NCBI GenBank assembly: GCA_902613615.1
Contig: CACMHQ010000001.1
Coordinates: 76,567-140,566, forward strand
Direction of reading: 5' to 3'
Source of the DNA: an uncultured Candidatus Actinomarina sp.
Lineage (GTDB): Bacteria; Actinomycetota; Acidimicrobiia; Actinomarinales; Actinomarinaceae
Length of the DNA: 64,000 bases
Shown here: piece by piece, positions 9,088 to 18,416 of the stretch
How the letters are laid out: every line of letters begins with the position of its first letter
Position numbering within the stretch: position 1 is the stretch's first letter
Made by a program: the position numbers and the translations under genes
Notes under the pieces: generated by a model
The model's database searches: none
What the model saw: the letters and a program-made list of their open reading frames with translations, nothing else
Told to the model about the DNA's origin: nothing

Positions 9088-10527
9088 ATGAATAATTGGG
9101 AATACGCAGAATCAATTGAATCAGAAAAAATTGTAAAAATAGAAAAAAAATATGGTCATTTTATAAATGGGGAATTTGTATCACCAAATTCTAAGAAATA
9201 TCTCGATACAATATCTCCATCAAGTGAAGAAGTTTTATCCTCAATCTCAATTGGTAATGGAAAGGATGTAAATTTCGCTGTAAACGCGGCAAAAGAAGGT
9301 CTCAAACAATGGAGTAAAACCTCTCCATCAGAGAGATCAAAGTATTTATTCAAGCTTGCAAGATTAATCCAAGAGAGATCTAGAGAGTTTGCAGTTCTAG
9401 AAAGCTTAGATGGTGGAAAGCCTATAAAAGAATCTAGAGATTTTGACCTTCCACAAGTTGCACAAAACTTTTTCTACTATGCCGGCTGGGCTGACAAGAT
9501 TGATCTTGCATGGGGTAGTGGAATTTCAAAACCTTATGGAGTTGTAGGTCAAATTATTCCATGGAACTTTCCGCTATTGATGCTTTCATGGAAAGTTGCT
9601 CCCGCGCTAGCAACGGGTAATGCTGTAGTTTTAAAACCTGCGGAGACTACTCCACTAACCGCTTTATTATTTGCAGAACTATGTGATGAAGTGGGTCTTC
9701 CTAAAGGTGTTTTTAATTTAATTACTGGTGATGGAACTACAGGTTCCGAATTAGTAAATCATAAAGATATAAAAAAAATTGCTTTTACTGGTTCCACAAG
9801 TGTTGGTAAGTACATACAGAAATCATTAGCTGGAAGAGATGTTGGCCTTACCCTTGAGCTAGGTGGAAAGGCGGCCAATATTGTTTATAACGATGCAGCC
9901 TTAGATGAAGCAGTAGAAGGAGTTGTAAATGGAATCTTCTTTAATCAAGGACACGTATGCTGTGCTGGAAGCAGATTATTAGTTCAAGAAGATATACATG
10001 ATGTATTTATCAATAAACTTGAAAAAAGAATGCAGAGTTTAAGGGTGGGTAATCCTCTCGATAAGAATACTGATATAGGTGCAATTAATTCAAAAGATCA
10101 GCTTGATAAAATCACAGATCTGGTCAATGAGGGTGTAAGCGATGGTGGAGAGCTCTTTCAAATTGAATGTGAACTCCCTAAGAATGGTTTTTGGTTTAAA
10201 CCAAGTTTATTTACTGGGGTTCAGGCAAATTATAAAATTGCTACAGAAGAAATATTTGGTCCAGTATTGACCACCTTAACATTTCGAACTCCAGATGAAG
10301 CTGTTGAAATAGCAAACAATACAGAGTATGGATTATCTGCAGGGATTTGGACTGAAAAAGGATCAAAAATTTTATGGACTGCAGACAGGCTTGATGCTGG
10401 TGTTATTTGGGCAAACACATTTAACAAATTTGATCCTGCTTCTCCATTTGGTGGATATAAAGAATCTGGTTTTGGAAGAGAAGGTGGCAGGCATGGTCTC
10501 CTTTCTTATTTAAAGGCATCATCATGA
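9088..10527 (+). CDS. NAD(P)-dependent aldehyde dehydrogenase
   Basis: ALDH motifs FTGSTSVGK, ELGGKAANIV, catalytic Cys in NQGHVCCAGSRLLV, EEIFGPV. 479 aa. Confidence 0.9.
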   Translation: MNNWEYAESIESEKIVKIEKKYGHFINGEFVSPNSKKYLDTISPSSEEVLSSISIGNGKDVNFAVNAAKEGLKQWSKTSPSERSKYLFKLARLIQERSREFAVLESLDGGKPIKESRDFDLPQVAQNFFYYAGWADKIDLAWGSGISKPYGVVGQIIPWNFPLLMLSWKVAPALATGNAVVLKPAETTPLTALLFAELCDEVGLPKGVFNLITGDGTTGSELVNHKDIKKIAFTGSTSVGKYIQKSLAGRDVGLTLELGGKAANIVYNDAALDEAVEGVVNGIFFNQGHVCCAGSRLLVQEDIHDVFINKLEKRMQSLRVGNPLDKNTDIGAINSKDQLDKITDLVNEGVSDGGELFQIECELPKNGFWFKPSLFTGVQANYKIATEEIFGPVLTTLTFRTPDEAVEIANNTEYGLSAGIWTEKGSKILWTADRLDAGVIWANTFNKFDPASPFGGYKESGFGREGGRHGLLSYLKASS

Positions 10528-11351
10528 CAGAAGTAAAGAAAACATATAAACATTACGTAGATGGGAAATTTGTAAGATCTGAGTCAGGTAAAGTATATGC
10601 AATTGATCTTAAAAAAGAAAAATATGAGATCCCTCTTACTTCAAAGAAAGACCTAAGAGACGCTGTTACATCATCTAAAGCTGGATTTGCGAAATGGAAT
10701 TCATTAACTATGTACAACAAATCACAGATACTTTATAGATTGTCTGAAATGATTGAAGGAAATAAAGAATCATATATTGCTTTATTACAACAACACGGTT
10801 TAACAAAGAATGATTCGAAAAACGATGTTGAGGATGCTGTGAATACCATTATTTGGTACGCAGGAATCGTTGATAAATGGGAACAATTGACTGGTAATTT
10901 AAATCCAGTCGCAGGAGACTATTTTAATATATCGCATCAAGAACCAATCGGAGTGACTTTCTCATTAAGCTCTGACGATATATCTTTGAATAGTTTGGTT
11001 AAATCTTTTCTGCCAGCAATGTCAGTTGGCTGTTCTGTTATATCATTTACAAACCAGAATGCAGTCTTGGCTTTAAAACTCTCAGAGGATATCAATAACT
11101 CAGATTTCCCATCAGGAAGTCTTAACATTTTGACGGGAAATTTTGAAAATATTGTAGAAGACGTTGGGGCTCATGTTGAAATAAGATTAGCCGCAATTTA
11201 TTCAAATATTTCAAATGACCTATTAGAAACTTTAGATGTCAAAGGTTCTGATTCAGTAAAGAGAATAGTTAATTTGCCAAGTGATGAGGGCTTGGGATCT
11301 ATAATTCCATTTGTTGAGACAAAAACAGTATGGCACCCTAAGGGCCAATAA
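10524..11351 (+). CDS. Aldehyde-dehydrogenase-like protein lacking the catalytic domain (N-terminal NAD-binding part plus C-terminal tail motif only)
   Basis: It aligns by eye with the N-terminal ~260 aa of the upstream ALDH (YKHYVDGKFV, AGFAKWNS, IIWYAG, EPIGV). It ends with an ALDH C-terminal motif (FVETKTVW). It has no ELGGK and no catalytic Cys or Glu. ATGA overlap with the upstream ALDH. Confidence 0.6.
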   Translation: MTEVKKTYKHYVDGKFVRSESGKVYAIDLKKEKYEIPLTSKKDLRDAVTSSKAGFAKWNSLTMYNKSQILYRLSEMIEGNKESYIALLQQHGLTKNDSKNDVEDAVNTIIWYAGIVDKWEQLTGNLNPVAGDYFNISHQEPIGVTFSLSSDDISLNSLVKSFLPAMSVGCSVISFTNQNAVLALKLSEDINNSDFPSGSLNILTGNFENIVEDVGAHVEIRLAAIYSNISNDLLETLDVKGSDSVKRIVNLPSDEGLGSIIPFVETKTVWHPKGQ

Positions 11352-11401
11352 ACTGTCACTCTCGAGTCTTAATATAAAATCATTACTCATTAACCCTGTT
11401 T

Positions 11402-11428
11402 AAGCTGTCTTGGTTATCAAGGCAGCTT
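11402..11428 (+). terminator. Hairpin after the deoC-ALDH operon (candidate terminator)
   Basis: AAGCTGtCTTG-gttat-CAAGgCAGCTT. The downstream tract is only weakly T-rich. Confidence 0.4.
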
Positions 11429-11455
11429 ATTCATATAAGTTGTTATTATTACCAG

Positions 11456-11872
11456 ATGACTGAAGAGAACTATGAAGATGTTCTAGCCAACAAGGGAATG
11501 CCTGTTCCAAATGTTTGGATTGAGCTTGAGGGTGAATTTGTAGAATTTGATAAAGAAAATGAATCTTTAAAATGTAAATTTCCAGTCAGAGAAAGATATT
11601 TTAATCCACTTCCAACAACTCTTGGTGGAATTATTGATTCTTGGATAGACATCACCATGGGACCACTGAGTGTTTTACTTGGTCAAAAATCTGTTTCTAG
11701 AAATTTTTCTATTAAATATATTAAACCAGTTGGGCCATCTACAAGCTATGTCACAGCTGTTGCTTGGAGAGAGAGTATTGATGGAAGAAATAGTGTATTT
11801 AAAGGTGAACTTTACTTAGACAATGGTGAACTGGCTGCAATTGCTGAATCGGAGCTTGTAGAAATTAAATAG
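11456..11872 (+). CDS. Hotdog-fold thioesterase (PaaI/4HBT-like)
   Basis: 138 aa. The pattern LGGIIDSWIDITMG resembles the PaaI HGG...D..G box, and the length fits a single hotdog domain. Confidence 0.55.
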   Translation: MTEENYEDVLANKGMPVPNVWIELEGEFVEFDKENESLKCKFPVRERYFNPLPTTLGGIIDSWIDITMGPLSVLLGQKSVSRNFSIKYIKPVGPSTSYVTAVAWRESIDGRNSVFKGELYLDNGELAAIAESELVEIK

Positions 11873-12722
11873 ACTGAGTTCTTGAATATAAAAAGGCTGA
11901 AGAAAGAATTATTCCTGTTCCTACAAACTGAATTGAATTAGTTATCTCATTTAAAAACTGGTATCCAAAAAATATGGAAAATATTGGAATCATGTAAACA
12001 ACAAACGAACTTGAAATACGTCCGACATTATTTAGTAATTTGTAATAACTTAAGAAAGCTATTCCTGTTCCGCCAATTCCTAATATCATCATTGGAATTA
12101 GTGAAACTTCAAGAGTTGGAATCTTAAAAGTAGCGGTTAAACCAAACATTAATAAGGAAAGCAAAGATGCGTATCTCATAACTATTTTGATTACGATTAG
12201 GGAATCATATTTTTTAATTAGAGGCTCAACAAGGTTTACAGAAATTCCATAAGATATAGATGCTATTAGGGCATAAATTGAACCAATACTGAAGGATAAT
12301 TCATTTAAGCCATCTCCAAGAGTTATTAATCCAACTCCAATAAATCCAGAAAAAATATAAATAAGTTGAAGTCGGGTTACTTTTAGTTTGTAAAAAACCA
12401 CGGCAATAAATGCTACGAAGATTGGAGTTGATCCGTTAATTAAACCAGCTAAGGATGATGTTATAGTTTGTTCAGCAATACCAAACATATAAAAAGGGAG
12501 TGCCATCCAGAAAAAAGAAATTATTAACATCCAAATATGATCACTCTTTTCAATTTTCTCATTTGTTCTAACAAAAATATTTATGAATATGGCACCAATT
12601 ACAATTCGATAAATCGCAATATCAGAGGGATTGAGTTCATTTAAAGAATATTTAATCATCAAAAAAGATGATCCCCAAATTGAGGAAGTAATTAAAGCTA
12701 AAGTTAAATTTTTAATTTGCAC
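11865..12722 (-). CDS. EamA/DMT-family permease
   Basis: About 10 TM segments in two similar halves, typical EamA-like length (285 aa). GTG start. Confidence 0.8.
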   Translation of the reverse strand: MQIKNLTLALITSSIWGSSFLMIKYSLNELNPSDIAIYRIVIGAIFINIFVRTNEKIEKSDHIWMLIISFFWMALPFYMFGIAEQTITSSLAGLINGSTPIFVAFIAVVFYKLKVTRLQLIYIFSGFIGVGLITLGDGLNELSFSIGSIYALIASISYGISVNLVEPLIKKYDSLIVIKIVMRYASLLSLLMFGLTATFKIPTLEVSLIPMMILGIGGTGIAFLSYYKLLNNVGRISSSFVVYMIPIFSIFFGYQFLNEITNSIQFVGTGIILSSAFLYSRTQSI

Positions 12723-12844
12723 AAGATAACGAGCCTAACATAGATTCGTTGTTATGGAGCCACCCCAACAGGGTAGTTGATTAGTGTCAGTGGTTCAGAC
12801 TTACACAAAAAGCGGCTCCAATTTAATTCTAGATGAAAGAATAA

Positions 12845-13510
12845 TTAGATTATCTGGTCAGTAATTATTTCAATATTTTTTGAATAATTCTTTAAAAGAT
12901 TAATTGGTAAGTCATTCTCTTCGTTTACACTTTTAAGTATATTTTTCTTACTTTCTCCAGTTGCTAGTACATATATCTTTTCAATTTTTCCAAGTAAGTG
13001 AAAAGTTGATGTAACTCTCCACTTTGTTTTTATATTTACTTCATTTGCAACATAAAGTGAATCATTGTTTTCAAGGGCTTTTGTACCTGGGAACAGTGAC
13101 GCTACATGTCCATCATCACCCATACCAAGAATTGCTACATCGAATATCTGGATTGTGCTTTTTAACTTATCTTCATATTTTTTTGCATCACTTTCAGGAG
13201 AGGAGCTTGTAAATTCAAATTTTAAAATATTTGCGTTAGTTCTTTCAAAATATTCATTAATCATCCTCTGGTTTGAAAGGTCGTTATCTTCTTCAATCCA
13301 TCTGTCATCGATTGTCCAAAGAAAAGTTTTTGAGAGGTCATCAAAGCTTTCTGCAATCATTGAATAAGTTAATTTAGGAGTGTTCCCACCTGAAAGTCCA
13401 ATTGAAAAATCTTTTTTTGACTTAACAAATAAATCTTTAATCTCGCCTACAAGATAACTGGACGCACTCTCATGGTTGTCTTCATGATGAATATTTATAT
13501 CATGTGTCAT
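12845..13510 (-). CDS. pgl: 6-phosphogluconolactonase
   Basis: GLSGGNTP and ILGMGDDGHVASLFPG motifs of the 6PGL/NagB family. Confidence 0.85.
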   Translation of the reverse strand: MTHDINIHHEDNHESASSYLVGEIKDLFVKSKKDFSIGLSGGNTPKLTYSMIAESFDDLSKTFLWTIDDRWIEEDNDLSNQRMINEYFERTNANILKFEFTSSSPESDAKKYEDKLKSTIQIFDVAILGMGDDGHVASLFPGTKALENNDSLYVANEVNIKTKWRVTSTFHLLGKIEKIYVLATGESKKNILKSVNEENDLPINLLKNYSKNIEIITDQII

Positions 13511-13547
13511 AAAAAAATTGTTACACTTTAAACTTCAAGTAATATCA

Positions 13548-14816
13548 ATGTTAGTGGAAAAACATATTTCAATTGAAGGTAACCACAAATTAAGTGGTGA
13601 GATAAATGTAAAAGGCGCTAAAAATGCTGTACTCAAAGAAATGATTCTTCCTATTCTCTCAGAAGGAAAATATGTTCTTACTAATGTTCCTTTGATCGCA
13701 GATGTTCAATATATGCAAGACGTTTTAGAAGTTCTCGGTATCAATAGTGCTTTTCAAGATGATGCTTTAGAGATTGAAACACCTTCACACATTGGTATAG
13801 AAGCCCCTTATGAAATAGTTCAAAAAATGAGAGCCTCAATAATTATTCTTGGACCTTTGTTAGCACGTTGTGGTGAAGCTAGAATCGCATTTCCAGGTGG
13901 AGATCAATTAGGACCTAGACCTGTTCAAATGCATTTGGACGCACTAGAAAAAATGGGTGCAATTTTTGAACTCGACCATGGTGTTTTAATTGGAAAAACA
14001 GATGGTCTGAATGGTGTGGAAATAAATCTTCCTTATGCATCAGTTGGAGCAACAGAAAATGTTTTATTAGCCGCTGTTCTTGCTAAGGGTAGAACCGTAA
14101 TTGAGAATGCTGCAAGAGAACCAGAAATAGTTGATATTGCAAATATGCTCATAAAAATGGGTGCAAACATTATTGGAGCTGGTACAAGTGAAATAATAAT
14201 TGAAGGTGTTGAAAAATTGGCTCCAACGAACCATGAAATTATTGGGGATAGAATAGTTGCAGGAACTTTTTTAGCAGCAATATTATCTACAAAAGGTTCT
14301 GGAAAAATCAATGGAATAAATCCCGAACATTTACCTATGGAAATAAAAAAATTAAATGAAATGGGTGCAAAGATAGAAACCAATTCAACATCAATATCAG
14401 TTGAATACCAAGATAATCTTCAAGCTATAGAACTTTCAACACTACCTTTTCCTGGAGTAGCTACAGATCTTCAACCAATTTTTGGATCAGCTCTGTTATT
14501 AGCTGATGGAACATCAATATTAACTGAGAATGTTTATGATCAACGTTTTCAATGGATACCAGAAGTACAAAGGATGGGTGCAAATATACAAACTGGCTGG
14601 CAACATGCAATGATTAAGGGTGTTAAGAGACTATCTGGTGCGCCGGTACATGCAACAGATATAAGAACGGGTGCAAGTTTGATTATTGCTGCGTTACAAG
14701 CTGATGGTTTTTCAACAATTTCAGGAATAGACCACATTAACAGAGGATATGAAGATATCGTAATGTCATTAAGCTCATTAGGGGGAGTAATCGAATATAA
14801 TAATAATGATGGATGA
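13548..14816 (+). CDS. murA: UDP-N-acetylglucosamine 1-carboxyvinyltransferase (Asp in place of the fosfomycin-target Cys)
   Basis: KGAKNAVL and FPGGDQLGPRPV (E. coli has GGCAIGARPV). I prefer the ATG at 13548 over the track's TTG at 13518 because the N-terminus then matches MurA proteins. Confidence 0.92.
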   Translation: MLVEKHISIEGNHKLSGEINVKGAKNAVLKEMILPILSEGKYVLTNVPLIADVQYMQDVLEVLGINSAFQDDALEIETPSHIGIEAPYEIVQKMRASIIILGPLLARCGEARIAFPGGDQLGPRPVQMHLDALEKMGAIFELDHGVLIGKTDGLNGVEINLPYASVGATENVLLAAVLAKGRTVIENAAREPEIVDIANMLIKMGANIIGAGTSEIIIEGVEKLAPTNHEIIGDRIVAGTFLAAILSTKGSGKINGINPEHLPMEIKKLNEMGAKIETNSTSISVEYQDNLQAIELSTLPFPGVATDLQPIFGSALLLADGTSILTENVYDQRFQWIPEVQRMGANIQTGWQHAMIKGVKRLSGAPVHATDIRTGASLIIAALQADGFSTISGIDHINRGYEDIVMSLSSLGGVIEYNNNDG

Positions 14817-15087
14817 TAAAGGAATTAATTTTCCAACTTTTAAGGAAAGACCTGAAAAGGTTGATATTGACCTTGATATATTAAATGACACAATCGAATA
14901 TATCCGTCCCGCAGTTCAAGCTGATGGAGGAGATATTAAACTATCTTCTGTCGAAGATGGTGTTGTTAATATTGAGATGCTAGGGGCGTGTCAGGGTTGT
15001 CCATTGTCTATTGCAACATTGAAAAGTGGAATTGAGAGAATTTTAATAGATAAAGTACCAGGTGTTGAACAAGTAATTGCAACTTAA
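14806..15087 (+). CDS. Nfu / NifU-C-terminal-domain Fe-S cluster carrier
   Basis: GGDIKL...MLGACQGCPLSIATLKSGIERIL (CxxC of the NifU C-terminal domain). 93 aa. Confidence 0.8.
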   Translation: MMDDKGINFPTFKERPEKVDIDLDILNDTIEYIRPAVQADGGDIKLSSVEDGVVNIEMLGACQGCPLSIATLKSGIERILIDKVPGVEQVIAT

Positions 15088-15088
15088 T

Positions 15089-15724
15089 TTAGTTCAAGGT
15101 CAATCTGCTATAAAAATTTAAACCAACCAACCTACTCCCTTGAACTAAAGGCTCAATTTCATACTCAATTTCATTTAATACTAAAATACCTCCATATTCA
15201 TTTGGATCAGTTATCTCATCGTACAGTCCAAGTCCAGATAGAATATCTTCTCTACCATCTCTATCTAATTCATCATCTGAAAGCGAAATTATTAAAAGTA
15301 AAAACAATTTGGTTTGCTGAGTTGTGGTAGTGTCATTTGTTGTAGGAGCAAAAAATTGTACAGTTCTTACAATTTCATTTTCTATGTTTAGGTTCAAAAT
15401 AAATATATTATCTTGTTTGGATGCATCTCCCCACTTGTAAACGAGTTGATCTTTATCTGAGGATGTCCACTTTACTTCATCAGGATTAATTGAAAAAAAT
15501 AATATAGTTTCCTCATCGGTAGAAATAGAATTAACAACACTATTCCATGTTGATACAAAAATTTCTGGTGATTTACCAAGTGCAGAATCCCAATCAACTA
15601 AATCTTCCTGGTTGTTACTCTCGTTTTCTAAAGCTTCATCTGCATTATTTTCAATAGATAAATTGTTATCTTCAGTGCAAAAAGTTATAAATAATAGTAA
15701 TAATGCAAGTTTTGCTAATTTCAT
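15089..15724 (-). CDS. Predicted lipoprotein, unknown function
   Basis: Signal peptide with lipobox LLFITFC. Acidic, low-complexity mature N-terminus. 4-nt overlap with the upstream SRPBCC gene. Confidence 0.5.
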   Translation of the reverse strand: MKLAKLALLLLFITFCTEDNNLSIENNADEALENESNNQEDLVDWDSALGKSPEIFVSTWNSVVNSISTDEETILFFSINPDEVKWTSSDKDQLVYKWGDASKQDNIFILNLNIENEIVRTVQFFAPTTNDTTTTQQTKLFLLLIISLSDDELDRDGREDILSGLGLYDEITDPNEYGGILVLNEIEYEIEPLVQGSRLVGLNFYSRLTLN

Positions 15725-16161
15725 TTTTCAAATATTTCTTTTAAATTATTTAAATTTTGTTTCCATATAAATTCTAATATTGGTTTTCCAAAATATTCAC
15801 CAATTGGACCTCCTAGATAGAAAGGAAAATTCAATGTTTCGATCCATTTAAACTTAGTTTTCTTCTCAGAAATTTCATGAAACTGCATTTCACCTACGCC
15901 AGTAACTATTCCAACATGGTCAACTCCTATGGCTTTTTTATTTTCCCATTTAGTAAATGTCATAAAATCATTAAGCTTTATAGGGCCAATTTTTGTAAGT
16001 ACTTTAATCTTCGTACCGACACCAGACTTCTTATCAGTTTGAAAATAAATTTTCTCTGCATCTTTCATCCAGTTTGAATGATTTTCTATTTTTGACACTT
16101 CATTCCAGACTTCATCTAGAGAAGCATTTATAGTTATTTCTACTGAAATTGTTTTACTCAT
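15721..16161 (-). CDS. SRPBCC-superfamily protein (cyclase/dehydrase-like ligand-binding fold)
   Basis: 146 aa. The N-terminal I.I.AS.DEVWNEV...W pattern is typical of the polyketide-cyclase/SRPBCC family. Confidence 0.55.
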   Translation of the reverse strand: MSKTISVEITINASLDEVWNEVSKIENHSNWMKDAEKIYFQTDKKSGVGTKIKVLTKIGPIKLNDFMTFTKWENKKAIGVDHVGIVTGVGEMQFHEISEKKTKFKWIETLNFPFYLGGPIGEYFGKPILEFIWKQNLNNLKEIFEK

Positions 16162-16203
16162 TGGGTGTTTTACAATCTTAGTTCCTCACTAAAATAATTG
16201 GGT

Positions 16204-17349
16204 ATGAAAAATCAAGACTATTTATATCTAGATCATGCTGCGTCAACTCCGATGCGTAAATCTGCCATGGATAAATATATAGAGGCTGAGAGCTATGGTT
16301 ATGCTAATTCTTCAGGGGGACATAAGCTTTCAAGGAATTCAAAGAATTTATTAGAAGATTCTCGTGAAAAAATTGCTGAATTATTAAATGCAGCGCAAGG
16401 AGAAATTGTATTCACAAGTGGTGGTACTGAAGCAGACAACTGGACTATTAAATCTTTGTTTAATTCAGAAAGACCTAATGATAACCTTGTCACTTCAAAT
16501 ATTGAGCATGAGGCTGTTATTGCTTCTGCTGAATGGGTATCCTCAAAAGGGTTTCATACTAAATATGCTAAATCTGATAAAAATGGTTTAGTAACTAAAG
16601 ATGAATTTTTAGGGCAAGTTGACAACGACACCAAGGTTGCATCGTTAATGTGGGGTAATAATGAAACAGGTATTATTCAACCTATTAAGGATATTGCTAG
16701 AGAAATAAAAACAATCAATTCATCAACCCTTTTTCATTCAGATGTTGTACAGGGCATTATCTCAGACAATATTGATTTTCATAAAAATGGTATTGAAAGT
16801 GCTGCAGTATCTGCTCATAAAATTGGAGGACCAAAGGGAGTAGGTGCAATGTTTATAAATATTAACCACAAATTACCTAGTTTTTTACATGGAGGAAAGC
16901 AAGAACTTGAAAGAAGAGCGGGCACTGTTGATGTTCCAGGTATTGCTGCATTTGCAACCGCACTAGAAGAACAACAAAGCAGATTTGATGAAGAAGTTGG
17001 TTTAATGAAGAATGAAAGAGCAATTTTTGAAGAAAAGCTTAAGAATTCATTAGATATACAAATTCTTGGAGATTCAATGAATAGGCTTCCACATATAAGC
17101 AATGTACAATTTAAAGATCTACATTCTGAAGTACTTTTAATTCAATTAGATTTAAATGGTCTTGGAGTTTCAAGAGGATCTGCATGTGCAAGCGGTGCTC
17201 AAAAACCATCTCACGTATTAGAGGCTATGAATATAAATCCCAAATTTATTAATAGTCATTTGAGGTTTAGTTTTGGTTGGACAACTCAAGTTGGAGATGG
17301 AGATAAAGCTGCAGAAATAGTCATGCAAGCCGTAAAGGAAATTGAATGA
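16204..17349 (+). CDS. iscS: Cysteine desulfurase (class V aminotransferase, IscS/NifS-like)
   Basis: PLP-Lys in SAHKIGGPKGVGA and active-site loop SRGSACASG. I prefer the ATG at 16204 to the TTG at 16198. Confidence 0.85.
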   Translation: MKNQDYLYLDHAASTPMRKSAMDKYIEAESYGYANSSGGHKLSRNSKNLLEDSREKIAELLNAAQGEIVFTSGGTEADNWTIKSLFNSERPNDNLVTSNIEHEAVIASAEWVSSKGFHTKYAKSDKNGLVTKDEFLGQVDNDTKVASLMWGNNETGIIQPIKDIAREIKTINSSTLFHSDVVQGIISDNIDFHKNGIESAAVSAHKIGGPKGVGAMFININHKLPSFLHGGKQELERRAGTVDVPGIAAFATALEEQQSRFDEEVGLMKNERAIFEEKLKNSLDIQILGDSMNRLPHISNVQFKDLHSEVLLIQLDLNGLGVSRGSACASGAQKPSHVLEAMNINPKFINSHLRFSFGWTTQVGDGDKAAEIVMQAVKEIE

Positions 17350-18416
17350 GAATTTTAGTAGCAATGAGTGGTGGGGTAGACTCTTCAGTTGTCGCTGCAT
17401 TGTTAAAGGAACAAGGTCACGAGGTTATAGGTGTGACCATGAAATTGTGGGAAGGACCAAATGGAGAAATGCCAGAATCTGGATGTTGCACTGCATCAGA
17501 TAGCGAGGATGCAAGAAAAGTTGCCTCTAAGTTAGACATACCATACTACGTATTGGACTACACTGAATCTTTTTCCAAAAATGTAGTTGATAATTTTACT
17601 CAAATGTATGCACAAGGTCTGACACCAAACCCATGTGTTGAATGTAATAGGTCAGTTAAATTTGATCATTTTATCAGTCAAGCGAAAAAATTAAATTGTG
17701 ACAAAGTTGCAACAGGACATTATGCAAAAATAATTAAAAAAAATAATGAATTTGAATTACATAAGGCAGATTATCTTGACAAAGATCAATCTTATGTACT
17801 TCATATGTTGAAGTCGTCTGATTTAGAAAATATATCATTTCCTCTTGGAGAAATAAGTAAACCTGAAGTTAGGCAAATTGCAGCAAGAATTGGATTAAAA
17901 ACAGCTTTTAAAAAAGATAGTCAGGATATTTGTTTTGTAGGAAAAAAAGATTATCGATCATTTGTTGAAAAAAGAATCGATTTAACATCCCCTGGTGAAA
18001 TTTTTGATATTGAAGGAAACAAGGTGGGTGACCATAATGGAATACATGAATTTACAGTTGGACAGAGAAAAGGCCTACCAGGGGGATACGGTACACCTAG
18101 ATATGTTACAAAAATTAATGTACAAAACAAAAATGTAACTATTGGAGAAAAAAAAGATCTTTTAGTTAGCTCATTTATTGTCGAAGAGTTGTCATGTGTA
18201 AATGATCTTGAATACAAAAACCTTACAATACAAACAAGGTATAACTCTGAAGATCTTCCTTGTGAAATTAAAAAGTTATCAGATACAAAAGTCTTAGTAG
18301 AGCTAAAAGAGCCAGCATTTGGTGTTGCTCCTGGCCAATTTGGTGTTATTTACAATGGTACAAAAGTTGTGTGTGGTGGGAGAATAAGTCCTAAAGTTTT
18401 GGAGAATATTGGATGA
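17346..18416 (+). CDS. mnmA: tRNA-specific 2-thiouridylase
   Basis: PP-loop VAMSGGVDSSV, CxxC-containing NPCVECN, ATGHYA. ATGA overlap with iscS. Confidence 0.92.
   Translation: MRILVAMSGGVDSSVVAALLKEQGHEVIGVTMKLWEGPNGEMPESGCCTASDSEDARKVASKLDIPYYVLDYTESFSKNVVDNFTQMYAQGLTPNPCVECNRSVKFDHFISQAKKLNCDKVATGHYAKIIKKNNEFELHKADYLDKDQSYVLHMLKSSDLENISFPLGEISKPEVRQIAARIGLKTAFKKDSQDICFVGKKDYRSFVEKRIDLTSPGEIFDIEGNKVGDHNGIHEFTVGQRKGLPGGYGTPRYVTKINVQNKNVTIGEKKDLLVSSFIVEELSCVNDLEYKNLTIQTRYNSEDLPCEIKKLSDTKVLVELKEPAFGVAPGQFGVIYNGTKVVCGGRISPKVLENIG

Noticed and set aside
12723-12844. Identification of the structured spacer as SRP RNA, tmRNA, 6S, 6C or a known riboswitch class
   Set aside because: I could not find the SRP domain-IV GGAA/AGCA motifs, tmRNA tag features, two C-rich 6C loops or any riboswitch core consensus. 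It stays an unclassified candidate.
13518-13547. TTG-initiated 10-codon extension of murA
   Set aside because: It would leave only 7 bp between the start codons of the divergently transcribed pgl and murA genes. The ATG at 13548 gives an N-terminus collinear with known MurA proteins.
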